A DNA stretch of 64,000 bases, taken from assembly GCA_905178155.1 (NCBI GenBank), contig CAJINV010000013.1, forward strand, positions 2,174,281 through 2,238,280, written 5' to 3'. Of the stretch, positions 12,555 through 26,716 are shown one piece after another (within the stretch, counting starts at the first letter, position 1; each line of letters begins with the position of its first letter). The DNA is from Amoebophrya sp. A120 (Eukaryota > Protista > Dinoflagellata). A model generated the notes under the pieces. That model ran no database searches, was not told the DNA's origin, and saw only the letters and a program-made list of their open reading frames with translations. Position numbers and translations under genes: made by a program.

Positions 12555-14089
12555 GTAGGATTGATCATTTCCTTGCAGTAGGCGGCAGCCGTGCTTTAAG
12601 CGTGAGCGCCAAAAATTCTGCGGGCGCGCCGAGCCACCTACATACTGTGTGCCGGCCCGGTTCAATGCGGGGCGCGGGCGTGCCCGTGGCGCCCGCTGGC
12701 CTGCGGGCGGGGCGCCCCAAAGACCATCCACCGAATAATATAACGGGAACACACCCCGGGAAAGCGGGCCGGCGGGGCGCAGCGGGGTGCGCCGACCGCG
12801 AGGCGGGCCGCCCAAGCAAAAGCAGCGGCGGGCGACGGCGTTCCATTTCTTACCGGCCAAGCAAGGCCATCGAGGAGGGAGGGCGCGCCCGGTCATGCTC
12901 GCGGATGTCTTGAGCAAAAACGGCTCCCCGGTCTGGACGCGCGGCGCCAAGCTTCGTCGCGCCGCCCCCCCCCCCCCCCCCCCGCATTTTTCGGCTCGTC
13001 AGCGCCCCGGCCCACCCGCCGAGCACGGGGCGCGCCGGCTTTGTGGCCTGCGCGCTGCGGGGGCGGGGCGCTTCCGCCAATGCGCAGCGCGCGGGGGCGG
13101 GGTCGCGGCACGTCTGTCGTGGTTTGCAGCGCGTCGCCTCTGCAGTGGTCCAGTGGGCAGGTTGGGAATTGTGGGGAAGGCGGCGGCGAACCGCTGCACG
13201 CGCCCCGGGAGGCCGCGGGCGGCGAGGGCCTTGGTCGCGGCCATTAGCCACGCAGTCAGAAGCAACGCAACGAAAGGAATGGCAGGAGTAGCGGAAGCAG
13301 GAAAAGCGCAAACTGCACGGCGCCAGTCGTCCACCTCGTGGCCCGGCGCTGCAGACGCAGCCACCAGCTCGCTGATTTCTTTCCCGGTATTCTGATCCGC
13401 GGTCTCCGCCGCGGGCACGGCAGGGCCAAGGTGCGCCGCGTCCGCATAAGGATGCGCCCGCGTAAGCTACTTTGCCCGTTCACCCCAACCAGAGCTAGCC
13501 GTATGCGCCAAGGCGCCTAGCGCCCGGCTCCTATAGACTGAGGGCAGGTTAAAACCATCACTGAAGTGGCGGCCTTTTCGTCAAAGTCTCACTCGGTGAA
13601 AAAACCCCCGAAGGTTTCCTCTGGTGCCGGGCGCCGGGGCCCTGGTGCTGGCCATCATCCACCGAACACCCTCATCCGAAGGCTTCGCCCGCATTGCGGG
13701 GCGCCAAACCCCCCGACCGAAAGGCTGGCACCGGCCGGCCCCGGCAGACAAGACAAAGCGCGCGCCCGCTTCTGAGAGACACCAGTGACCCCCGCCGTGC
13801 AAACGAGGCGGCCGGGCCCAAAGCGGCGGGCGCACGCGTCGGCCCTGATTACGGAGGGGAAACAAAGGCCCGCGAAGTACTGCACTGGTCCGCTCCCTTT
13901 GTTCACGCGGGGCCCCAACAGGCTCGCGCGTTTGCGCGCAGAATCGCGCCGCCCGCGTCAACCCGGCCCCGCCCTGGCGTTCGCGCAGGTGCTCCCTTCT
14001 GCGCGCCGACCATCGTGGTGGCCGGCCAGCCAGACGCATCGACGCGCTTCACCCGGTCGGCAACTCTTCGCTATCTTTGAACGCGAATA
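12555..14089. other. GC-rich non-coding island, possible degenerate insertion
   Basis: Abrupt shift to very high GC, C19 tract at 12965-12983, no coherent protein; possible flanking gcta/gcta repeat. Confidence 0.4.
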
Positions 14090-14323
14090 GCTACAAACCA
14101 CTCAGATGCTCTTACTTAATCCTGCACTCGACCTTCTTGCGCTCGAACACACAGCCCTGCCGGGTTATTGTTCTGCAGCCGGGTACTTTTCTTCGTGAAT
14201 TGTGTTCACTGCGTCTATTTTCGATCTGCTCCTTGTTGCCTTCCGACATTGAACAAGTGAAACGACTATCCTACAATTGCAGCTTGAGCTCGAAACAATT
14301 GAAACACAAGTGCTCATCATCTA

Positions 14324-16969
14324 TCACGCCTCCTCCTCGTCCTCCTCCTCCTCATCTTGATTTCTGCGATCACGACTCCGCGCGCCCGGCGACGACTCCC
14401 CGCCGCGAAGATCATCCGGCTCCCCCCGGCCCGCCCCCCCGCCGGGCAAGAACGGCGCTATCCACGCGGGCGCGTGCCCGTCGCGGTGCATCTTGTAGAT
14501 TGTGAAGCCGGCCACGCCCGCGACGACCGCGAAGAGCATGAAGAGGAGGAAATACCAGCCGTTCCGCCGAATTAGCTGCTCCTCCTCGATCAGCGCGGCG
14601 TCGTACAAAATCTGCAGGCCCCGCTCCGACTCCAACAGCTCCTGGTCGATCTCTTCGGTGGTGCGCATGCTTGTGCCCGCGTACTTCTCCTCGTTCAAAT
14701 CCTCAATGTCCAATAGCTCCCGCTCGTACGCCTCCTTCTCGTCGCTCGGGAGGTCCAGGTTCCCAAAGTAGTAACTAATGGACAGCCAGTACTTGTTAAA
14801 TACGGTCCACAGGTAGCCGCTGTTCTGCTCCGCCTGCTTGCGGATGGCGTCCGTCTGCTGCGAGATCGTGCCGGCACCGATGGTGGGCCCAAGTTCCTCA
14901 CTGCCAGGTCCCGTTCCGGCTTGCTGAGCGCCCGGTGGAGGGACTGATAGTTTGTTTTTGGTGGGGGACAAGGATTTTCTTATTCTTTGTGATACATAAA
15001 AAACGCTCTCAAGCGGCAAGGGTAAAAATGCGTTTGAATCATTCCAGGATCGTCAACTGTGCGAAAACAGAGTTGTACCTCCGCCCGCCGCTGCACCATA
15101 CGATCCTCCAGCTGTCTGATAACCTCCTGCCCCCGGCGGCGCGCCGCCGTACGCGCCGGCGGTATTCCCGGAAGATGGAGTAGCATATCCCGAAGAACTT
15201 ATACTGCCGGTCGGGGAGTAGTAGTTTGCTCCCATCGTAGTTCCAGCACCGTAATTGTTGCCCTGCTGTCCACTATACCCGCCCGCATTCCCCATCATCC
15301 CTGCCCCGCCGCTCCCGGCAGATGAGCTGGCCATGCCCTGCTGGTAGTGCACCGCATTCCAGTTGACACAGGCGATCGCTTTCTTCATGTATTGGAGCGA
15401 CATATGCACCATCTCCGCTGCCTGCATCAGTTCGTTTGAGTGGGAGGAGGACGTCATGGAGCCGAAAATCGAGGAACTACTCCCGCTCGTCGGGTCCGGC
15501 GCGTTCCGCGCCAGCTCTTGCGCCTTCGCTGCGTGCACGCTCGCCCGTTGCCACTGGTACACGCAGTCCGGCGCCATGCTGTTGGACTGTTGCAGCGCTC
15601 TGGAAACGGCCTGCTGCACCGTCGCTGCGGTGCTCAAAATTGTGTTCTTGTTGGCGGTGGTCGAGGCAATAGGCTGCTGGTTGTACGGTAGAGGACCACC
15701 TGCTGGGGAACCTCCGTAGGGTGACTGCTGCTGTGGAGATCCGTAGCCTCCGTAACTAGAACTACTGCCATATGAACCACCACCACCACCTCCGCCTCCG
15801 TACGACATGCCGGCGCCAGTGTGCTGTCCCCACAACCCGTTCCGCACGGCGGACAGTTTGCTGTCTAGATTCTTGATCTGGTTCGACAAGTCTTGGTTCT
15901 GTTGCTGTAGCTTCTGCTGCCGCTTCCAGTCCTCAAACGCTTTCACGCCGGTGCTGGGATTACCACCCCCAGACCCACCACCGCCGGCTATGGCGGCAAA
16001 ATTCGCCGCGGAGGCCTGCTGGCCCATGTTCGCGGCCAGCATTTTCAAGGCTTCGTTCATGGCTTTTGCCGTTTCGCCGGACCCGTTGTCAGAATTCACC
16101 TTGATCACGGGCGCAAACTTGATCACGTGCTGCCCGCGGGTTCGGTCCCCCTCCGTAATCGGGATGTATCCCCCGTGGTGGTATATGGTGGATCCCGGAG
16201 GGTAGGACGAATCATCGTCGTCATCAGAGTCGGTTGCATTGTTGGATGAAGTAGATGCATTAGAAGCGGTGCCACTTGAGGTGTTTTTCTGCGACAAGCC
16301 TAAGAGAGAGGAAGGAGAAGTTTTACTATAATCTTCTTCCGTAGTTCTTCCAGAATGTCCGCTGGATAGAACGTCTGCTGGTCGTATTTCTTGTCGGGAA
16401 GATTTTTGTTCCACAAAAGCTTCTTGCTGTAGCTGCTGGCCGTGCGGCTGTTCTCGGGTAGTATCACCAAAGTCGGTGGGAGAGGATTCCGCGGCCGCCC
16501 TGGTTGGAAAATGTCCTTTTTCCGCGTGCTCCTGTGCGGGAACTATTCTTGGAATAGCAGCTGATTGAACATCTCTCCAATTATTATTTGCAGGATTTTT
16601 TTCAGGCGGCTCCACGACTCGTCGAACGGGTTCCTCTTCCTCTTGCAATTTCTGTTGCAAAAGTACAACTCCTGCTAGCGTTTCTTTCGATGACGACGGC
16701 GTCACAGAACTTCTATCGTGGTAGTTCTTTCCTGTAGCAGTCTCCTCGTCGCTTGTAGTTGATGCACCCGTGCTGGTCGTGTGGTGATCAGCATCCTGTG
16801 TTTTCACTTCGCCTCCGACGGAAGATGTTGGCACCCCGTTTTCATCGGGGGAAACCGCCTGCGTGCCTATTGGAGCGGCTGAGAAAATAAACTTTCGGTA
16901 GACAAACAACAACAGAAATCGCATCAGTGCAGCATACCGCCGTACTCCGGAGGAACGTGATGTCGACAT
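14324..16969 (-). CDS. Secreted or type-I membrane orphan protein, low complexity
   Basis: N-terminal hydrophobic YAALMRFLLLFVY; C-terminal TM segment WYFLLFMLFAVVAGVAGFTIY; two ORFs probably joined by one intron near 14935-15055. Confidence 0.6.
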
Positions 16970-17727
16970 AATTTCTGAGCTTTGCTTTGATTAGTGTTCA
17001 CGGTGAAGCTATTGAAACACGCCTAAAGTTTTCTAGGCCCTACATAAACTTATTCCGCATCAAGTTCTCATCGTGATCAACTCATTCCGCATGGATATCT
17101 CGTTTCGAACGGCAAAAAATACATTTGTGCGTGTAAGCTACAAAAATTGCCTTTTGGCGCATCGTACCGTCGCGATTTGGGTTCATTTTTTACGATTTTG
17201 GAAGATAAACGGTTTCGCGGCGACCGCATCTTGGAAAATATTCTCGAGCGAAACAAATAAATCATAGCAAAAACAAAAGCACGATCTTCACAAACACGAT
17301 TGCAACGCTCCTCCGTCGCTTACGCTTTCGCGAAAACTTTTTCGTGTACTTTTCTCTTCCGAAGGCGAACCGGAACCGCCTCTCTAACTCGCAAAAAAGA
17401 TACAATCTAAACGCAAACACCGAGCCTCTCGTCCGAGACCTCCCTTATGCGCTTGCGGAACCAAAATTGCAAGTTTTCACGAAACACGAGCACAAAGCGA
17501 TGTTAAAGTGTCGCCTTTTTCGGATCGACACGAGAATTCGATTTTTCAGAAAGACGCTTCACGACCAGTGAAGCACGTGTCAAGGAGCGAATTCATTTCC
17601 GAGTCTGTGACTTCGCGTCAGTTTCAGTTATTCATTTGACTATGGTATGTCCCCCGTTCAGAGAAACAGAAACATTAATTTTGATCGACTGACCAAAAGT
17701 TCACACCACCAGAGATGGTGCCTACAG

Positions 17728-20700
17728 CTACATCCACGGTAATTTTTGCACTTCGTGTTCCACTTCCGCCCCCGGTACGGAGTTAAAATCTGCGGCTTTC
17801 TTTATTCTTGCCATGGTCTCCTCGTCGAAGGGGTCTTCCATTTTCCCCACCAGCTGCTCCTGCTCCTGCAGCGCCTTCGGGTGAAACTTCTTTACCGCCA
17901 GCGACTTTTTCGACAGGGGCAAGGGCGAACACAGGTTGTCATCGCCCTCGACCGACAAGACCCCGCAGTACTCCGTTTTCCGGATCGCGTCCGGCGCCAG
18001 GTTGAAGAGGGACAGCTATCAAAAGGAAAAATCCCCCCTCCCCATATCAAAACGAAGCTTCTGACGCAGGATCTGCGTACACAAATCAGATTTGTCTTGT
18101 TGGGGAGGAACGCAGGCCCATACTGAGCCTAAGCAGAGAGGTTTTCGCCTAGGCGTCCAGCATGACAAACGTCCGCGCCGTAGTTCCATCAGCATCACAA
18201 GCCGCCTGCACAATGCTGCGGAGCTTGTGGAGTTGCCTTCTTGCAAGACAGACGCGATTTGTGGTCTCAAATCAGCAACACAAATTTTCGGAAACATACC
18301 TTTTCGATATGGGGAGGGGGGATTTTTCCTCTGCATAACAGCTTTTTCTGCTTGTGCATCCGGGACAAGTCCTGGAACAGCAGGAAACACTGTTCCGAAT
18401 CGTCCGCGTCGATTTCGTACAGGACTTTGTTCCCCAAATTCCGAAACCGCGGGAAATTCCTCGTAGGCTCCCCCAGGAGGTCTTCCAAATCCTGCGGCCC
18501 AAACGCAACCTGATCGATCTCCGGTTTCGCCGGGTTTTGCAGCAGCACCGTGTAGCGAAAATTTTGTGGCCGCTTTTTCGCCTGCAATTGCTCTTTGCTT
18601 TCGTGCTCTTGGAGGAACGAGGAACTGGAACTAGAAGCTGTAGCACCTATAGCGTCGACGTCGCTTTCTTGGAATAGATCGGTTCTCTCACTGTTTTGTC
18701 TTGGTGTAGTACTCGTCTCCTTGCCAGAAAGTGAATGCGTTTTTGATACTTTCGCGTAGTTCTTCTTTTTCCCGCTGCTCCATGCGTCTTCCAACTTTTC
18801 CTGCACGTCCTTGGGCAAAAGCGCGAACAAGTTGTCGCCGGGAATGAAGCGTTTTACAACTACTTCCGATGACTGATCTGGACGGACCTCCGGCTCCCGC
18901 CCGGTTCGTAATTTTTCGGAGGCATGATTCCTTCCAGAAGATTCTCGCTCCTTTTCGCTTCCGTTGTCCTCAGCTTGTACTTCTATTCCTGATCCACCCA
19001 GTTCCAACGCTGAAGAGCTAGAAGCACTGCTGCTACTACCACCTTCACCGCCGGCGCCATCCTCGGCTTTGTTTTCCTGTCCGAAGACTTCACTGGGATC
19101 AACTTTTTCTTCCTTCTCTTCCCCCTCCTCACGCAGCTCCCGCTCTTTTTCTTCCAGATTGCTTCGTGTGCCTGCGCCAAGCCCGAACATCCCGGTCGGC
19201 CGTTGCCGCTCCAGCCTCCCGTCCGCCATCTCCCGGTTCACCGTCGCCACGTAGCCCTGCGCAATGTACCGGGCGAGGAGCAGCTGTCTGTCGACCAGCG
19301 ATTTCGCCCGCGCCTTCGCGGCTTTTGCCTTGGCCTTCGCGGTCCGAGGTTGCTGCTGCTCCGTGGGGAACGCCTGCTGCAGTGGCGGCAAGGACTCGTC
19401 CACAGGGTGCAGGGGCAACATCTTGATCTGCTTCCGGCTGTTGGTGTTTCCACCCTTGAACCAGCCTGGTTCCAAATCGTAGGGGAGATCTCCCTCGTGG
19501 TACACGCTGCTGGCGATGGGCGGCTTCGCTTCCTGGTTCTTTTCCTTGTCGTTCAAGTTTATATCCTGCTCTATCCTACAGAGAAGTTCTTGTACACCCA
19601 TACCACAAAGAAAATGAATCTGCGTTCTTGCGGACTTTCGTGCCACAGAGACAGTCTGCTTGGCTGTCCCTCATGACAAGCTCTCCCGCTATCTGTCTAA
19701 TCGTGAAACCGCATGACAAGCTGCATTCTGCATGCCTCTCCTGTGTGTGGTCTCCGCATTCTTTTCATCAGCGACACCAATTACTAGCGACACAAATTTT
19801 CTTTTTCTACTGATCTGGGTGTCCTTTGTTTTCTGTGGCATATGCTCTGGGTTTCGGTACTTCGACGCCTCTAGCTCCCCCATCGGAATCTGGTCCGCCA
19901 GCACCCACCGGGCTTTTCCGTCCGTCTCGTACCCCGTGGAAAACAGTGCGTACTTCGGCTCGGTCTTCGGCTCGGACCGCACCCAGACCGGCAGCCCGAA
20001 GAACTGCTTCAGGTTTTGGATTTGGTACCGCCCAGTGAAGTCCTGCCCGTTCCAGTCCTTGTCGTTCGACGTCCGCATATCCAGGTAAAAACACTTTTAT
20101 CCCCATCCAATTTGTCATGCAAAACCTGCATAATTTTCTGTGTTTGTCATGCAAAAATGGATAGGCATGGGTGTTTTTTCCTGGATACCGCACCTGGATT
20201 TCGTACGCGGCGTCGGACATGACCTCCGAGAACCCCAGCCCCTTCACGTCCGCGAACCGGGTGTAGAGCGAGAGCATGATGGGCCGGATGGTGTCGGGCA
20301 GCAAAGTATGGATTGCAAAAATGTCTGGGTCTGGAAACTTGTAATGCTAAAAGTGAATGATAGACGCACTCGAATACGCAGCTATGCATGAGAAATTTTT
20401 TGGCTGCCATGTCTTACGTATTCCGCATAGCAAGCTGCGTTTTTGCATGACAGGTAAGAGGGTTTTTTCGTGCCTATGCAACACAGATTCTCGAGTCATG
20501 CCAGACGAGCATGACAAACTTGCAATCTTCCCGACCCAGACATTTTTGCATTTGATACAAAGGCACGCGGCAGTGGTTCTGCGCTAAGTTGTCTCCCCGT
20601 GGTTGCGCAGATTTCAGTTGGGTTAGCGAAGAGGCGGTGGAGAGCTTGTACTTCGACCGGTAGGGGAACCCGGGACCGTGGAGGCCCTCCTCCTCGTCGG

Positions 20701-23700
20701 TGCCGTCGGCTGCGAGTGTTTCTTCGCCCTCATCGTCGCTGCTTTCCTCCTCCGAGTCTTCTTCTTCCGAGTCTTCCTCTTCGTCCAGGCTTTTTTTCTT
20801 GCGGCTCCCTCCCTCCTCTTCGTTCAGGCCTGCGCTGAGGCGCTTCCGCTTGTGCCCGCCCTGGCTCAGGCCATCCCCACCTGCTTCACCAAAGTCGTCG
20901 TCAACATCATCATCGTCTTCATCATCATCGTCCAAATCTACTCCGCCCGCACCGCCCTTGCCTCCAAGACCTCCTGTGGCTTTTTTCTTTTTTTTCTTTT
21001 TCTTCTTCATTTTCCTTTTTTTCTTTTTCGCCCCGAGGCACTTGACTTTTTTCGCTTTCTTTTTCGCCAAAGCTTTACCTTTCGACTTTGCCCCCGCGGC
21101 TGCTGCGGCACCTGCTCCAGTGTCTTCGACCTCTCCCCCTCCTTCCGTTGGGGTAGAAGTACTGGTAGGCGCAACTCCACCTCCTTCTGCGCTAGCAGCT
21201 GGCGTTGGCGCAGGAGCGGGTCCCTCCTCACTACTTTTCGTACTGTCAGTGGCCACCGCCGGTGCAAAAGCCGCTGCGCCATCCTCCGCAGTTCTACTGT
21301 TCATCACGCCCCCCTTATCATCCAAACCTGCCTGCGCACCCCTCGCGGCACTCTCGTCGAAGTAGCCCTGCTTCTCCAACTTTTTCCGGCTCGGCTGCGG
21401 GGGCAGGTCCTTCAGCGCATAGCAATCGGCGGCGGCCTCCTGCCCCTCGGGGCAGGGGGCCCAAACAAAGTGTTTTTCGGGCCGCCGGGTTTGCGACGGA
21501 ATGACCGGCACGGCTTGGGTCAGCCTCCGGTTCTTGCCCACCCAGAAGTCCGCCGCCTCGTCTTCGTCGTAGCTGCTGCCCGGGATGGCAGACTGAATCG
21601 CAGCAAACGACGAGGGGGTGCTGTGGGAAGTGGAGGATGTTGTAGCTGGCCTAGCAGTCATCTCTAGTTGTATTTCGTCCTTTATTTTCTCCTTCTCTTT
21701 CTCTTCTTTCGACGCATCATAGGAAGATCCTTTCAATGTGGTCGGTGTTCTTGTAACAACAGTGCTAGTTGTACTTCCAGATGTTCTTGACCCGACATCA
21801 AGCTGCAGTGCCGCGGCGGCCTTATCTTTTCCTTTATTTGCATTCTTTGCTCGCCTCACGACCGGCTCTTCGACTAGAACCCGTCGCACATACTTCACGT
21901 CCTTGGGCAACTTTTTCACGGACACGACGTTCATGTTCTTCCATTTCGTCTTTAATTGCGCGTAAGCGTCGATCTCGTCGTCGAACTTGTCGTACCACTC
22001 AGTCGTGAAAGTCGCAAAGTCTGGCGTGCGGGAGGAGAGCGACTGCGCGATGATCTTCTCCCGGGGGAGGATGTTGTTTTCCAGCAACTCGCGATTCAGG
22101 TCGTACATTTGGTTCAGGTCCAGCCTCTTCAGCAACACGTCCTTCACGTATTCCAAACCCTTTTTCAACGAGTATTCCGCTCGCTTCTGCGCGTTTAAAT
22201 CCGCCATGGCCTGCGATTCGCCCTGCACCATCTTCCCCTCCGTGTCCTTGAAAATGTGCGCGAACCCCTTCTGCGCCTCCAGGAACGCGCGGCGCTGCGC
22301 GTCTAATTTCGCCAGAGTGGGGTACTGGTCTTTCCGAAAGTTGTCGTGGAGCAGAATTTTCTCCATGTTCCCCAGCCCACTTTCCAGCGGCGGTTCGGGC
22401 TGTTTCGGGTGCAGCTTGCGGTATTCTTGCTCCGCCTTTTTCCGCAGCGCGACCAGTCTTTCGTCCCGTTTCTTCCGCCTCGATACCTCCTCTGCATCGT
22501 CCTCCTTCACCTTTTGAAAGGTGTCGGCAATCAGCGTCGTCACCGCCTTCTCCTTGTTCTGCTGGAGCAGGTCCGCCTTCCTCATTTGCTCCTGCACGGC
22601 CTGCTGCACCGCCTTCGCGTCGTCCAGCGGCCCCCGCGGGGGCGTGCCCTGGTCATCCTGGATCAATCGCAAGGTTTCCGCGGCATTCAACGGATTGTTG
22701 GTGCCGTCCTGGAGCACGTCGTTGAATATCGTGTGGAAAATCTTTTATTGTGCCGTGATGTCGTTCGTCTCGTAGAACTAGAAGTCACAAGCCTATACTT
22801 GGATGAGCCCTGCTCCTCGATTAGCACGAGTCAGGTTCAATATAAGCATTTTACGGAGGGTGGTCCCTTTATGCATCAGACGGGAACAAAATGAAAGTAG
22901 TGAAACCCTAAATCATAAAACCCTGAAAACCCAGAGATGCTCGGCATGAGAAGAAACGGCGAACTGTTCGTGTAGTCGATATTTTTCGCCGGCGATTTTC
23001 ATTTTTAGGGCATGCCAATCGAAAATGACCTGCAAATAAACTACGGCGATCGGACGGGATTTTCACACAGGACGATATCGATTTCGCTGAACCGATTTTT
23101 GCCTTCCTCCACGTTTGGATTCAATTTCATCTGTCCGGCGGCGTCCCCGAGCGTGTCCAGGTCCGTGGCTTTTTTCAGATCCGGGTCGACCTGCGTGGTC
23201 CTCGAATCCTGTACCGTTTTCCGCAGCTCCTTCCCTTGCAACACCTGGAGGATGTCGCTTTGTCGTTTCAGAAGCTGTTTCTTCTTTTTCATGTCCGTCG
23301 GGGGCGTGTTTGCTATGTCCGTGGCCGTATCGTCCAAAACTTCGTGAATTTGCGCGTCGGTAAGCTTTTTCAACCAGGGTTCCGACCACGGCTCGGGGTC
23401 TACAACCTTTGGTAGCTGCGGCTTCTTTATCGGCGGCCCACGACTTTGCCGCGTATTCTGTGCCGGGCTGTCTGGTGGTTCAGCACCATAGGGAGAAGGA
23501 AACGCATCTTGATTTCCGCCCGCAGCCTCGGGGGCCGACCCACCAGCGTTCCCCGAAGGAGGGGCTGCGTCTTCAGGACCAGGCTGGCCGGCAGGATCTG
23601 GCGCCGCCTCCTCGGGTGGTGCTGGTTCAGCAGCACTCCCCACCGTGGCAGCGTCTTCAGGACCAGGCTGGGCAGCAGGATCAGCTTCACCGCCGGGTGC

Positions 23701-23862
23701 CCCTCCAGCTGTCTCTTCGGCTGCTGATGCGGCGACAACGTCCTCAGCAGGAATCGCAACGGGTTCTGCCTGCAGTCGCTTCAGCGAAGAACCAGAGCGG
23801 GCACAATGCACTAGTAGCAGCAACGTGGCAATGACGACTCGATTTCTTAAACGCCGGCTCAT
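17728..23862 (-). CDS. Very large secreted orphan protein (multi-exon) with a Pro/Ala repeat and poly-K/poly-D tracts
   Basis: Signal-like VVIATLLLLVHCARS. ORFs 20474-22717, 19689-20078, 18267-19646 and 17728 join in frame across introners; linkage to the first exon (23041-23862) is less certain. Confidence 0.6.
18017..18337. mobile_element. Introner family B (opposite orientation to 4148)
   Basis: DR acagc/acagc, family-B TIRs. Confidence 0.9.
19572..19842. mobile_element. Introner
   Basis: TIR tatcctacaga/tatgccacaga; DR tgctc/tgctc; removal gives NPEQDI. Confidence 0.8.
20078..20187. mobile_element. Short introner (110 bp)
   Basis: TIR tatccagg.aaaaacac; DR ccgca/ccgca. Confidence 0.85.
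20307..20557. mobile_element. Introner family A
   Basis: DR caaag/caaag, family-A TIRs. Confidence 0.9.
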
Positions 23863-24779
23863 TTTCTTAGCTAGGAAAGAAAAGCAACAGCAGAAATTCA
23901 AATTTCTTCTCCTTTCTCATCAGGTAATAATCGCGTCCAAGAAAATGATATGCCCACCGCTTCTCGGTCACAAAAAAAGGCGTCTTGTTCCCGAAATCTC
24001 TTGAATTAAGGGCAGCTTCATGCTGATGCGGTCTGAGCCCATAGTAGTAAGTGTGCAAAAGAATTAAGTACGTTAGTTTTTGCTCTCTATTTTCAGGTCC
24101 GTCGCTCCTTCGGTGAGGTACTCTCGTCACCACAAACTGTTGCAGTTCAGTTTTTCTTTTCTGTTCCCCTCCTGCTGGATTCGAAAAAATGGATCTCGAC
24201 CTCTGAGAACTAAAACTCTCCGATGTGCCAGACGTCGTTCCTGATTCGTCTACTGTTTTGCAATTGTACTCCCGATACGAACGCATTGCTTTGCTACGAA
24301 CGACAAAAAAAACGATTCAAACGAGCAGCCAACTTCAATTTCACACGACAATCGAAGAGCCATGTGAGGACTTGTATGATGTTCTCTCAACATTCTCACA
24401 GAAAAAAGAAAGTGCTTTCAAGCACGCCCAGATCAAGAACAAACAGAGCGGGCGGGGAGAGCGAGAGAAAAAGAACCTTCAAAATTAAGATCAATACCAC
24501 GGAGAGCACCGGTAATCACGAAAGATTTCACATTTTGCATGCGATTGACGTAGCTTATTTCATCATCTCGTTTATTCCTTTATGCACATTCAGAAACTTC
24601 AATCCGTTCGCCCAGCACCGGCGGCGGCGCAGCTTTTTTCGTGTGCTGGTGTAAAAGATGATGATCACTTCTTCTGATAGATTTACTATGTTACACTGAA
24701 AACAATTGTTCCGAAGTAGATCTCCGTGCATGCATCTGTAGTAGCTTCACTCTAATGCCTTGAACAAATGCGAAGGACT

Positions 24780-26009
24780 TCATTCTTCCGGTAGCAATCC
24801 CGAAACGCCACTGCTCATCTCCGCCTTGCTCGCCGTTCCGTTCGCTTTGTTGTCTTTTGCCTCCCCGTTAGCGGCGTTATTGCTTCCTTTACTGTCCGTT
24901 TTAGTCGACGTGCCGTTGTTCTTAGTGCTCGCTTTCATTTCTTTGTCCGCCAGCCCCTCTACTCTTTTCGCGTGCGCCACGTCTAGCTTCTGGATTTCCT
25001 TGAAAAAATGGTGCTCCTTGGACCGCATCAACTCGAACAACACCGCCTCCAGGGTGAGCACCATCGCGCCGGAGCTCTGCATCTGCCGCAGTGCGACCGC
25101 CCGGTCTCGCTTTCGCTGCGAAGACACGGCGTCTTCCACGACGCACACAGTCAGACCCAAGGATAGCAAGTCAAAGCACGTTTGCTGGACGCAGACGTGG
25201 GCTTCCCACCCACACAGCACGATCGCCTCGATTCCTCGGTTATGCTTCAACCTGAGTTCACATGAAAACGCGAAGAAAGTAGTTTTTAAGGGATCTAATT
25301 GAAGTGATATGATCTACAACAGTGTAGGATTTTTTTACGCTTTTGCGACGATGAATAAAGTTGAAGACGCTACGGAAAATAAAAAGGCCCCGGCGACGCA
25401 CGTAGCATAACAAGTTCCTTGAAATGAAATCATACTCAGCCAGGACGAAATTTCGGGTCTGGTCCGTAACCATACTAAAGTCGGTTTTTTCGCACATCAG
25501 TTGGCACAGGTCTTCGTTCTGCTCGAATTTTTCATCATCAAGGTCCTCAAACACCTCGGCACAGGTGTTCTGGAAAGCCTTCGGATATTGCTCCGTTACC
25601 AGCAACGGCTGCCGTCTTATGCAGTGCAAAAACTCAAAAAATGCAAACCTCGTTGCGCACGTCACGCAGACAAGACTCTGCGTAGTACAAATTTTGCTTT
25701 CTGCATCAGAACACAAAAAAGACTGTCTACGTTGTGACAAAGTCTTTGTCAGCTAATCCAGCATGAACGAAGAAAGTTTGATGTCCAAGCTTCTAGTATT
25801 AAAAATCCTGCATGCCGTTCGCATAATTGCGAATCACAAGAAGAACTTTTGCACTGCGTATTCCAGTGGTTCACCACCGCAGCTACGAGCGCTCGTGCCG
25901 CCGACAATGTTTGAGCATGTCCCAGGATCAAAGGCTCCAACCGTTTCTGCATGTCGCAGACGAAAAACGCGGTCTTTTCGAGCTCAAGACGTTTCACGGG
26001 CATCGTCAT
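24780..26009 (-). CDS. Isochorismatase-family hydrolase (ISOC1/ISOC2-like), 3 exons
   Basis: Motifs FFVCDMQ, LVTEQYPK, EKTDFSMV, GWEAHVCVQQT, EAVLFELM. GT-AG intron at 25252-25435 and introner at 25618-25860. Confidence 0.9.
25618..25860. mobile_element. Degenerate introner
   Basis: TIR ta.gcagtgcaaaa; DR diverged; removal plus 5 nt restores frame. Confidence 0.7.
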
Positions 26010-26716
26010 TTTGTTTGTTCGCGTTGTTTCTGCATATACTTTGAGAAATTAAAATTTTCCTTCACAGTCACATAGATGAAGAAGCCCGTACTAATATGAC
26101 ATACGATTTTACAGTGGAACAAACGCCTCCTCTACAGCGGGTCGATAATGGACAAGCGAGTGTGTGTAGGGTGGAGGGCTGTTTTACTCAAAATTACATC
26201 GCCCATCAGTCCTCACTACACAGGAAGCAGCCCGAAAATCCGTAAATCAGGCGCTCCGTCTTCGTCAGCCTCGGCACTGTGAAGACTGCAAACAAAATAA
26301 GAAGCAGCTGAACACGCAGCACCAGCACTTGCAATGCGGTGCGCGTTAAATAGTCGCCCCCGCATCACCCCGAAAAACGGCGGGGAAACATTTCAATTTC
26401 AATTATGTATTCGTTTCGGAAATACAATTTAGCGTTTGAGTTTGGCAGACATACAGATTGTCTTTGCAAGAAACAGACGGTCGAAGTTGATGAAACAGTT
26501 TAATATTGAATGATTCCTTCGAAACATGATCGATAAGTCTTGCATTTTTCCGACCGCGCAACCCAGCGCAGCAGTAGCTCCAACAGTCCTCGCAAAATGA
26601 CTGTTACGTGGTTCGTCTTCGTTGTTGACTCAGCGAAAATAAGTACGTAAATCGGCGAACCACCATCAGTATTCGTATCATTTTCCATTTCTTTTCTGCT
26701 CGTAGTACATTACCAC

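Noticed and set aside
12985-13002. Hammerhead-like core CTGACGA-GCC-GAAA on the minus strand
   Set aside because: Only 3 nt between the conserved boxes, too short for stem II, and no convincing flanking stems.
12548-14090. Many overlapping ORFs in the GC island
   Set aside because: Expected from stop-codon scarcity at high GC; Arg/Pro/Ala-rich with no motifs.
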